Source: Mytilus californianus
Lineage: Eukaryota
Direction of reading: 5' to 3'
Length of the DNA: 64,000 nucleotides
Assembly (NCBI RefSeq): GCF_021869535.1
Contig: NW_026262745.1
Span: 12,772,001-12,836,000, forward strand
Translations under genes and position numbers: made by a program
Shown here: positions 1 to 11,600 of the stretch, piece by piece
Numbering within the stretch: the stretch's first letter is position 1
Layout of the letters: each line of letters opens with the position of its first letter
The notes under the pieces: generated by a model
Database searches by the model: none
Told to the model about the DNA's origin: nothing
Seen by the model: only the letters and a program-made list of their open reading frames with translations

Positions 1-23
1 ACATTATAACATGAAAAACAGTA

Positions 24-161
24 CTGTATTTGAGTTGCCACCGCTAATTTTAGATTTGACAATCGCAAGTATCTGTTTTACTGACTCCGCTCCGCTTTGC
101 CTTTAAAATGCATTTGCGACCATAAAAATTCCAATTGACGGTGGCAACTCTTCAAATACAG
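24..161. mobile_element. Short fold-back/MITE-like element
   Basis: CTGTATTTGAGTTGCCACCG (24-43) is the reverse complement of CGGTGGCAACTC[TTC]AAATACAG (139-161), apart from a 3-nt insertion. Confidence 0.5.
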
Positions 162-879
162 CATTGTTATTCCTTAATTATTATACGTTTTCAATTCATT
201 TTCATATATGACACTATTTTGCCTCATTCATACGTCGCTAATCATACTTTACTATCAGTTCTTTCCATTTTTATTATGTCTACTCTCATGTTGTTATTGA
301 TAATTGAATTAAATTGAGTTCATGTTTTCATATTTTAGACATTGTATTCCAAAGTGTTGCAACAATTCATGTGCAGAACTTCTTTAAAAATCATTATACG
401 ATCTATCGTAAACAATGTGCCCTATATAACTATAAATACAAGTGAAACATCTTTAACCCGTAGATGTCTATTTTATTTATTGTGATTTTTTAATTCAATG
501 AATAATAATGATATGTCAATCTCCAGCTACTTTCCAAATGTCTGCAATCTACATCATAAACGGTTTGTTTTTTTCCTACTTTGCATTGTATGACTGCAAG
601 GTTCATGTATGTTAAGGAGGGACTGCTTTTACATGGTCATTCGGTCTTACTTGTTCTTAGATTTCATATGATATGCCCTGTTGTTATCTGACCATTTGGC
701 AGTATCCCATCAGATAACACGTTGAAGACCTGGCGTCGGGTTAGCAATATTAAGTATTTACTAGTATTTATTTAAAAAAATTTAATTTTCAATGCAAAAT
801 CGATGAGTATCTAACTCATTTTCTATTTTACACAAATGTGCGCCTTACACAAAAACTGCTCAAACAGAGTTATTAAGAA

Positions 880-1420
880 GAACGACATTAATAATGTACA
901 TACGTTTTACGGTTACTATGACGAATTTGTTGACCGATATGATATGTCTGCTACTCAACTCACTAACGACATGTTTTACGGTTACTATCACGAATTTGTT
1001 GACCGATATGATATGTCTGCTACTCAACTCACTAACGACATGTTTTCGCAGGCGAAGATCTTTAGATGCCAGAATAGTCGTCTAATCAAAAAGTGTAACG
1101 ATTGTGACCTATTCACGATTGTGACATTTTAACTGAGTAAAAACTTGCAATGCGGGTGATGCATGCGTAGCCAGAGAAGCTTACCCTGTAGACGCATCCG
1201 TTTTAGCTCCTTTTCGAGTCCATGGGACTCCCTCATTTTCTGTTTGCTACCTTGATTCGTTTTTTCTTAATCGATTTACGAGATTTAAATATCGGGAAAC
1301 TACTGTAACGTTAATTTATGCTGTGGATGTATTAGGTATGGCTCCTTTTGGAGATCACGCGATTCCCTGGGTTTTGTCTTATCGATTTCTGAGACTTGAA
1401 CATCGGCAATCTACTATTTC
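880..1420 (+). mobile_element. Decayed Penelope-like element 3' end (RT C-terminus with a 69-bp tandem duplication, plus UTR)
   Basis: The peptide FYGYYDEFVDRYDMSATQLTNDMF resembles the C-terminal thumb of PLE RTs and occurs twice (units start at 904 and 973). Downstream motifs resemble the repeat termini at 51200-51280. Confidence 0.5.
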
Positions 1421-1689
1421 CTTAATTTCCTTAGCTTCCCTGGCAACATGCACATTCAAACATTTTGTGTGTCGAATAAGCAACATTTGGAAAAAAAGCA
1501 CCTGTAGGGAAGATGTTGAATAATCAAAATGACAAAACAAATACGAACTCTTTGTCAAAATAAAAGACACTTTTTGCATATAAGCTGATCTGTTTAGTTG
1601 TTCAAGATTTGTGTTATAAGACATTGTTTTAGACACGACATGACAGACTAACATTGTTTGTGTTATTTCATATATGTATTTAGACTTAC

Positions 1690-4404
1690 CACAAATAAAC
1701 CATGCGAATAGAAAACAACTTAGAAGTCCATCAAAAGCATTTGGTTTCTGCTGTTGATTTTCGTCGATTCCATCTTTCCTAGCCTTGAATGTTTGTATCA
1801 GACTGGATACATCTCTGATTAATGTAAACACACCAAAAACTATGAGGTAGATAGGTATGTATCTTTGTGCTGGACACTGATGAAGGAAGGATGACCCTAA
1901 AATGAAAGTAGTGGCGTTTATTTGACAATGATGAGGAATGATCATATATATTGCATAATGCAATGAAATGAACTTCATTCAAGTGAACGTGGACAGGTAA
2001 ATAAAAACTCCACTTCTGCTTTGATTGAGGTACGCATTTTGTTCACTGAACATCAAATAAATGTTCCTTAAATAATTTCCACACGATATGTAATAAAACA
2101 TTTTTTCAATCATCTTCAAAAATTGTGCAATCCTGTGAGATATTAGTTATTGTCGTATTTATAGTGACATCACAAGATGAAAATCAGAAACTGCAAGTAA
2201 ATAAGAAATCGTAATTGGATTTTGACCAGTGTGATTTTGTTTAAGAATAAAGAGAATGATATCCTCACGTTAATAATGGACGACAAATAGACAAACGGAA
2301 TGTGAAAGTTAAAACGAATAAAGATTAGAGAAAGTACATGTATTTGTTGGCTTGTTTAATCATTAAATTTACATATTTCATTTGTTTCGTATTTTTGTGT
2401 ATGAAGGTTGTTTTAAAACATATCTGATTATGTTAACTATGTGAAGTATAAAATTCCCCCAAAATGTGAATGCTAACATCATTTAAAATGTATGACCTTA
2501 CAGCATTATTTTAAGTTACGTAACTTACCAATTACGATACAAGTTATTGGAATGGCGAGTACTAAAACCAAGAATATGATATATCCAACTAAAAAAAAAA
2601 ACAATGAAAGAATTTAGAAATTAGTTACAATAAATTCTTTCATGTCGACTCCTCGTGTCAATGCAACTGCTGGGGGATTGCATGCGATATAACCATTCCT
2701 GTTGTTCCGGCAAGAAATTTCAACTGACTAGATGTGGAATTTGTTTAATGATTAGGTTATCCTAAAATGCTTAACATCTCTCTATCTCTGTCTTTGGGAT
2801 CTAACTATTTCTAAATAATGTCCCATCGTTTTGCTTTTAGCATTTTCCTAAAACAAATTGTCACAAAAAGCGTATTGAATACGCGTACAATTAAATGTTT
2901 GACACCTACACATTGCAATGCAACATTAAACACAATTCATGACTATGGATAAAGCTGAGACCACTATGTGTAATAGTAGTCTAAGGTTGAAAGTTCAATC
3001 GTCACTGTTTATGTTAAAAAAACAGACTTTGTAGTTGTTTTGGTCTGTGCATGTTGATCGTATGTGAAACCTCATGAGTTAACAACGTTATCGAGTTCAT
3101 CATATTACATACTTGTTTACCACAAAAACCCCAAATTTCGTGTAAGTTGATTCCAGCTGTGTTTTCTTTAAAAACAAAAGCGTTATGCTGTCAGCATTAT
3201 TTCAACTGACATCATACGTCATTTATTCCCCATTTTCCCATTAAAACTGTTTTTGTGAAAAGCTAGATTGCATCCCTATGTATTTCTTTAATAAAAGTTA
3301 ATTCTCTGCATAAAAAAAAACATAAAACATTGAAATATAAGAGTGGAAAATGCGTACAAAATAGTATGCTACAATTAACTTACCGAAATTTCTGTCGTAA
3401 ACAATAATGGACATGTAAATAAAAAAAACAATAAAAGAAATCAATGCAATAGTATGTTATATGTTGTTTGGTTTTGATCATAAACGAATTCATTCTAGTT
3501 TTGAGAGTTTACATTTTGTTTTAGTTCGGTGTGGTCCTGTCTTTATGTGTTTTCTTTTTTTCTTTTTCCGTTTGTTATTTGTTTTTCGTCTTCTGGGTAA
3601 GTGTTAATCAATTCTATTCATGACTGCACGATTTTTCTGGAATATTGACCATCTGGTAAACACATTTTGATACTTCATCACTATTTATTCAGATTAAATA
3701 CAACAAAAACGCACCATATATGGTTTGTATATTAATCTTATTGCAGTATCTTACCTGAGTTTGTGGTAATGCCAACTATATTCTGGGCAAAGGCAACATT
3801 TCCACCTGAGTTCTGCTTTGCCTGTTTTATCTGTCCAAAAAGTGATTCGTATGTTGGAGGTGGCTGGTCTGAATAATACAAAAGTAATAAGTCTTTGCTT
3901 CGAACATTTATAAACAGGAATTTCTTGATAATATAGATATATACAAGTATACGTTTGTGTGCATTAATATATATAATATACATGTATTTATAGTTTTCGT
4001 TGAAGTATTCTAGCGTAATCGTTCTCGAACTTGTGAATATTTATTTTAAAAGATGCACACGTTACCAAGGATAACCATTTACTACCTTAATGTCAGGAGA
4101 GTTTCAAGTGGAATAATTTTGTCAACGTTACAAGTAAAATGTCCATTATACTTAGCCAATGACAGCTATTCATGAAAATTATTGCGACTGTCAAAAGACT
4201 TCTGCTATTTTGGAATAATGATTGGGCAAAACGCACAGACATGTGAAGATGTATTAAAGTATTAGATTGAATAAAAGTTATCTGTGTATGTGTGTTTCTA
4301 TACGGAACAATTTTTGATGTATTTTATCACATTGATTAATAAGGACACTATTTACCTGTATACTCAGGAGCCTTTTCACATGAAGTTTCCATATCCGTAT
4401 TCAT
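1690..4404 (-). CDS. TMEM272: TMEM272-like 4-TM protein, paralogue A (3'-partial; last exon not found in window)
   Basis: Exons 4356-4404 (MNTDMETSCEKAPEYT), 3755-3868 (DQPPPTYESLFGQIKQAKQNSGGNVAFAQNIVGITTNS), 2529-2588 (VGYIIFLVLVLAIPITCIVI) and 1690-1896 (GSSFLHQCPAQRYIPIYLIVFG...CFLFAWFICG). All junctions are GT-AG phase 1. Exon sizes 114/60/207 match the other paralogues. The CPxQxxIPIYLIV and LFxWFIxGN motifs match the TMEM272 family as recalled. Confidence 0.85.
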
Positions 4405-6599
4405 AGCTAATTAACTGTAGAAAGGAACCAAAAAAAGAGATTAACTAAAATATCGTCATTTTTATACTACATCGTTCAAATTCCCAATTAGTACAATGCC
4501 GAACACGTTGATTGTGTCTTATTTTATAGTTATAACTTTTAAAAGACGATTATAAAAATAGATATTAATTATATACGAAGTTCAACATCTTTGTGAATGT
4601 TGACAGTGAAATGCAGCCATTTGGAGGAAATAATTGTGTACAAAATAGAAAATAAATTGCGCCAAAAAAAAAGTGAGCCTCGCAAAAGATGAAAATAAAT
4701 CTTTCGTCGGACCGAAAATCCTCTTATCACCCACCAGAATATCAAATAGACTAATTCCAAATTGCTCATACGCATATCTTTCAATATTTCGTGATTTGAC
4801 ATTTGATTGTTTCTACAGTAATTAGTGAAATTCATGATATAAATACCTTCGATGGTAAGTCGCATAAACATTTATTTCAGATTCATACTACTGAATATCC
4901 TCAATATTTCGCAACAAATTATACCTTTCTATGATGTGAAATTGTTGACATATGATTTAAAAATAAGTATATAAGTTGACGAAATATCTTCAAATATGAC
5001 AACTTTTTATTTTCAATCAATGTAAATTAATTGGTGACGTGTTTGGACACTATTATATCTTCAATTTTTTCAAAACTATTCAAAATATTTCTATGACAGT
5101 TCACATACCTTTGAAAAACTGCATATCAATACACAATATCCGATATTTTATATGTATTCATTAGCACACCATATATGCTAAACTTATAAATAAAAAACTG
5201 TGTATTGAATTACCTGGGATTTATGGACGTTTGTTGATATTCATAAGATGTTCAAATCAATTAATTGATTTGTACAGGTCTATTAAAATGTACCCGAAGA
5301 AAATAATTAGGTCAGGTTAATTACAAAGGTAACACAAACAAAGGGCAATGAAACGGTTATTTATTTATAGTATCGATTAAACTAGACAATATTACAGATT
5401 GAAAGTTATCGTTCTCTTCACGTTTTCTGCAAAATTTATGGTAGGAAGTGTATATCTATATGTCTCTGCAGACTCAGAATAAAATACTCCGACAAAAAAT
5501 TACTTCCCTTTATAAATAGTGGTCAATATTCCCCCCACTAAAATGTCATTGGTACAATAGTATCGGGAGTATTGCACCAGCTATTGCTATGACTAGGACT
5601 AATGTTTACAACATTACTATTATTTTGTATGTTAGATTAGGCCTGTATTGGGTCAGTATACATACAAATTGATAGACATATTTGGTTTAAATTCAAATTT
5701 GTAATATAATCCAAGGAAACAAAATAGTGCTGAAGGTAGCAATATTTGCTGGCGATCTATATAGAACAGCTGAAAAATACTGTATGACCCTTATGGTGAT
5801 ATAGGATATGTGAAAGACATAAGTTTGAATTATTATTTATAAATTGTGTCCTAAGTTTACATCGAATGCCAAAAAAAAATACTAATTATTTTCGTATCCT
5901 CTCTCTGTTTATACCTTATTCACCTTTCTTTCGTTGTACGATGAATTAAAAACAAAATTTTCTTGCGACGGGCTTGTGTTTTGTCAATAGATACAGGTTT
6001 CCATGTACAAATAAACGTTTCTCCTGTTTGTATTGTTTTTCTCTCAAGAAATAGTCTTTTCCATAATATTGATTATAATGCAGAGGCACAGATTTTTGAC
6101 ATTTTTATAACAACTATATTGTAATGAGATTCTATTAACCATCCATCAAATACTGCCGCCTATTGTATTTGGTTTGTTGACAATTACATTACAATTGATA
6201 AATCAAACTATTCAAAAGTAATCTAAAGTTTAGAAGAGTACTGCAATATTCCAGCGAAAGATTTATGGGATATTTGTTGAACGTAATAAAAAATTAACTT
6301 CTGATCATGATGATAAATTTAAAAACAGATTGAAATCATTAGTCAAACTTATTTTCCAAACAAAATAGCCAACGTAGATACAAACATATCAATATGTTTT
6401 AGTTAGGGACAAATCATTCTTTGTAAACGATAGTCGGATTCACCAAAATAATTAACTGAACATGTGGTCACCGAGATACTGTTTTTTTTTATTAAAGACA
6501 TATTTTTTATATGTTGTTGAAGGTGTGTGTGAGGCAAATTTCATACAGGAGCTGAAACAAAAGCAGTTTCTCTTGGCTGCTCGTTCCGCTTCTATTACA

Positions 6600-6900
6600 T
6601 TGCACATGATATCACGGATACTACAGAAACGGTTAAGTCTGCTACATATTGAATTACACCAAGAAATTGACAATGACAACCGGTTTGGAACCTATCTTTA
6701 CCATAACCGGTATGATTCCTGGTTTCCCATTGTGAACTTTTCGTTTATGTGTAGCGCCTGCAAATGGAGTTTATTTTAACCAGATGATATGATGTTCCAT
6801 TGCTTGAGTTTCCGGAAAAGCTATTGAACCAAGGGTTCGTTATGGTAAATCCTGTAATAGAATATCCGTCAGATGATCATGGATATGTTCCATGCATTTT
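6600..6900 (+). mobile_element. Degenerate Penelope-like RT fragment
   Basis: YHNRYDSWFPIVNFSFMCS in ORF 6462-6779 resembles the YDKRDDFxFPIVNFPFL motif seen intact at 31322-32134. Confidence 0.5.
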
Positions 6901-8668
6901 TCGTAGCTATTTTGCTATGACTGGAACTAAGGTTTACAACAAAGCCTTAAGACGTAATTTTATGTAAGATAAGGACAGGAAATGGACAATTTACATTGTT
7001 CAAAACAAAATGTGATAGACATACGTAGAAGGCATATTCGATTCTTGTGTCACTTTCTATCTGATTTTCGTAGTACAAGCTTGCATGAAATAGCTTGAAT
7101 ATTTTTTATAAAACACAATTTCCACAAATTGATGTTTTTTCCTGAATTTTTTAAGGATTAACTGTTATCCTATTCCTTATAATGTTTAGTCAAAGATTCA
7201 TGACATTTTTGTCACAAATAACTTTTATTATGATGAAATAATATATCAACCATCCATAAAATATTGTCCCATATTAATCCAATCAATTTCTTTTCAATTC
7301 CAACTGATAAACGAAACTTCTCAAAAGAAACCTACAGGTAAAGTAAGTAATGCAATACAATAGCAGCTTTAGTATGGGTTATTTGTTAAAAGTACTTTAC
7401 TGATGGTTGAACATAAAATATCTCGTCTGGTTTATAGTGTTGTTCTATTGAAAAAATCAAAATCTACTTACCTGGAGGAACATAAAAAGGCAAACATTAA
7501 AGTGATAGCAATGTGAATTACGCGAACTCCAACCGGCTTTCACACTAGATGCATCAACAGGGTATACATAATTTATGTTGATGCGCCTCAGTCGTTATAT
7601 GATATGTGCTCGTATCCTTAGAAGACTCGGTAATAACGTCAGATGTTCGACAGTCGGAATATGGTTTTAACGAAAAAATTAAAATGAATCTCGTATGTTG
7701 ACTTTCAAGTACTTAACCTAGTGAGCAAAACACGTGATTTTGTAATAAATTTTCGCAAAAAGGTTTACAGTTTCAAAATTTTCATAACATAATTGGTCGA
7801 ATGAGAAATCCAAAAATAACATACCACGACATATCGCATTGACGGAGATATGTAAACGCCATGCTACATTTTATTTCATAAGTAAGGGAGATAGGGGATA
7901 CGAAATTTTATCGCATTGCTATATAAAAAAATATAAATTGCATGAAAAAGTCAATTGTGAAAAATTTCGGAAAAAATTGATTGAACACTTTTTAATTGGT
8001 GATATGAGGTTGTATTTTGGGGAATATATTGAATTTTATGCATTTTTTTAAATCATATTTGAAGCGAGGTGGGCTGTTTATTTTGACTTTTGTCACCTGA
8101 TCTTGACCACAGAATCATATGACCATCGGTAAATTACTGTTGACTACATTAAGATATAGCATCATGATGACGTCGATATAAAAAGTGAACAAAATAATGT
8201 TAAAACTATACACGTTTGTTGATTTATGTAAAGTAAATACAAATGGATAATGAGTTGCCTAGAAAATAACAACAGAAATGTTGTTAAAACGTTTATTTCT
8301 AAAAATATAAAATACTACAACGAAACCCCTTTTTTCATTGATATATTAAAAACTCTCACATGCATGAAGCAGGCGTAACCTGTAAGAGACGACGTACACC
8401 GTGTTATCTCCGTGATGAGCATTTGAGAAAGACAGACAAGTAAAATTGAAAGATTTTGAATTCACTAATATATAGTTTTCTATATCGAATTTTTCTACTT
8501 ATTTATATATTTCTACTGTTAGATAGGATTCCATCCTCTCTTAATGGTGCAGATATACTGATTGTAACCTCTACTTCTTTGTGAAAAATGTCTATCCTGT
8601 AATTCTGATGCCATAAATGCAGTGTCACTAAAATATAGTAATGCCCAAATATTCTCACATAACGTTCC

Positions 8669-11600
8669 TTATACACCATATTTAGCTGGTCCGTATGCTG
8701 ACATTTTAGCACTACAGCATAACATTGAAATACAACATCCACAACAGATGAGAAAAAATAGTCCCATAATTATGTATGTACCAGTAATTAACCAAAAGGA
8801 GAAATAAAATAATGTTGGTTGACAGTATTCTTCGCTCGATTCATCTGTAGAGAAGTTTTTATACGTCTTATAAACCCAGACATTTCCTGAAAAAATATAA
8901 ATGACCAACTAAAAATAATGTGCAGAGAAGTTGTTATTTATCGTAGAAATCCAGACATTGCTTGCCAAATAATGTAAATAGCCAATTAAACATATTCTGA
9001 TGAGAAATTGTAATAATTATGTCGTATAACCCCAGACTTTTCCTGCAAACGATATACTAGTAATCAATCAATATTCCTGTGGAAGATGCTTTCCATTACC
9101 TTCTAGAATGTCAATATCAGTACATTTTTAGTCAATGATCTAACAAATATGAATGCACAAATTGATATTGAAAGTTTTCTTCTATATTTCAAACAAAAGT
9201 GTATAGAAACCATATAGTTTTCTATTCAGTGTTATGTGCGCTAACATTAGGCACCAGTAATGACATTTTTTAAACCGGTAGTAGCAAATTATCTCCAATA
9301 TTTTATAGAAAATATATAGATAGAAACTATATATATTTGGAATAAGATGTAGGCAATCTATCATTTAACTCCGGAAGTAAATTAAAAAGTAACCGGAAGT
9401 TACTATTTCAGTCGCCTATTTTATATAAAAAAAAAGTAAAATTCAGTGGATATCTTTATTAAGGTTCATTTCAACTTAAATTATCAAAACGTGTGAATTT
9501 GAAGATTGAACGACCTTCAATTGTTCTCTGAACAATCGGTTTTAATTTTTCTATTTTTTCTCTTTCGCTTTCTCGGTTACACAAAACTGAGATACCTCCT
9601 TTGCTTTCTACTTATACTGTCTGGTCGTATGTGTTTTTCTGTTATTATATATGCAAATTGTAAGGAGGGGACTTAATATAAGTTATGATCACTTGCGTCC
9701 AATCCTATTGCTTAAATTGGTAATCCTTTTGATGTGATAATAGTAATGTTAAATTTATGTTTAATATCATAGTCCGTGATTCTTATCAATCATTAAAAAT
9801 GCATTTTTCACATTATATAATTCCATATATATCTTTTCTTTTCCTTTGTTTATTTAACAGTTGACAGCTATAATTTATATTTAATATTTTCCATGTACAG
9901 TTTTAGTAGGTCTTTCTAGATCTGCTGTACAATGAGAACTTGGATGTCAAAATTTTTAATATTATATTGTATATGTACCTGCTATAAACCATGCAAATAG
10001 AAAACAACCAATGATTCCGTCACATGCACTTTTAGGCTTGTTTTCATCCTGCTGTCCTTCATTTTTCCTGGCTCTGCAATTGTCTACCAAACTCGACAAA
10101 GCTTTGACAATGGAAAAACTTCCAAATACGATCAGGTATATAGGAATATACTTCTGTTTTGGGCAGTCATGTAGGTACAGTCCTCCTAAATAGAAAGAAA
10201 TAATGATTTTTTTTCATCAAAATGAAGCTCTGTTTCCAAACCTAACATGAAAAAAACATAATGAACTAAGGGATGTTATGTGTAAAAATGAAGAATAGCA
10301 TGAACACCAAATTGAGATTTTGTGTGTTGCTCCGCAGGGGAAAATCCCTTGTTACTAAATAAAATGCTTTCATGCATAAGATTTATTTCTGGGGTTAATG
10401 TTAACCAAATTTTCTCTATTCAGCTTAGTCCTATATTTTTAACATTATCAAAGGAGAATTTGGTTTAACACCAATAGCCTAATTATAATCTTTATCAATT
10501 AGCCTTTTAAGTACACATAACAGATTATAAATGCAAATTTTTATATAAAAACAAAGATGTGTGGTCTTATGACTGACCAACAAGAGAACTATCAACAAAA
10601 GACCAAACGACAGGGATGTGAACAACTACAGGTCAACGTTCTGTTTTTAACATTAAGCAACACCCATACCGTATTTTTTACTCAAACTTGTTTGCTTTAG
10701 TAATTATTTAAACAATTAAAAGGAAATACTTTTTATTCAATTTCTGTAAATTGAATAGTACGTCGGCGATTAACACTTACCTTTAATTGTGATTAATCAT
10801 AATGTTAATAAATGTTTGGACTTATTTACTATATCTTCATGATATCTATTACCCTAGTGTAAACGTTTTAGTAATGTTTCCGTTTCCGTTCATTAAAATA
10901 GCATACGTCACTGCAAATACTTGCATATTAAACTAACGGAGAAATGTACACTCTGCAATAAGAGAAAAAGGCACATTGCCTTGAGGAATGGAAAACAATA
11001 TAGGAGAGATGCAGCTTTCCCTTTTGTTATCATTTTTTGAATGAGAATTACAACTCGAAATTTTAATATCAACGCTTGAAAATGGATAACGATCAATTTG
11101 AATATTCGATCTATTTAGAATACTAGATTTAGTTCGTGTAAGAAATTTCATTCGTATATCTGGATTATTTTGAGAAAATACGGTATAATTGTTGAAAATA
11201 TCAATTCAGTCATGTTTCGATTGGTCATCATGAGGTTGGCCATGATTAATTACTGACATAAAAAAACAAATCTGCGATTAGAGTGGCACAGTTAGTCCTT
11301 ATTGGAACACTCATCATATGACTATATATTTCATTTCCTAAATAAATATATATACTATCAAGTGAAAACAGTTTCAATACGTTTATTTCATAAAAATGAT
11401 AAAAGACACATTCGGTCTTGAAAGTCTCAATAACGATTTCATTATATCCGGTAGTTAAAAATGGGATAAAGGAAATATGTAGTAAATATATACAGCTGCT
11501 AAAAAAAATGTTCAACATCTAGTTCTTCTGCTCTTTACATCAGAATTTTTTTTCTTGCTACAGTTATTTGCATTTATAATCTTTACAGTCAATAAAACGA

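Noticed and set aside
1-1689. Search for the last exon (GNVW...) of TMEM272-like paralogue A
   Set aside because: No matching exon was found. It probably lies left of the window, so pseudogene status cannot be claimed.
9367-9400. Two CCGGAAGT (ETS-type) motifs
   Set aside because: Intronic, with no other promoter evidence. They could be chance or TE-derived.
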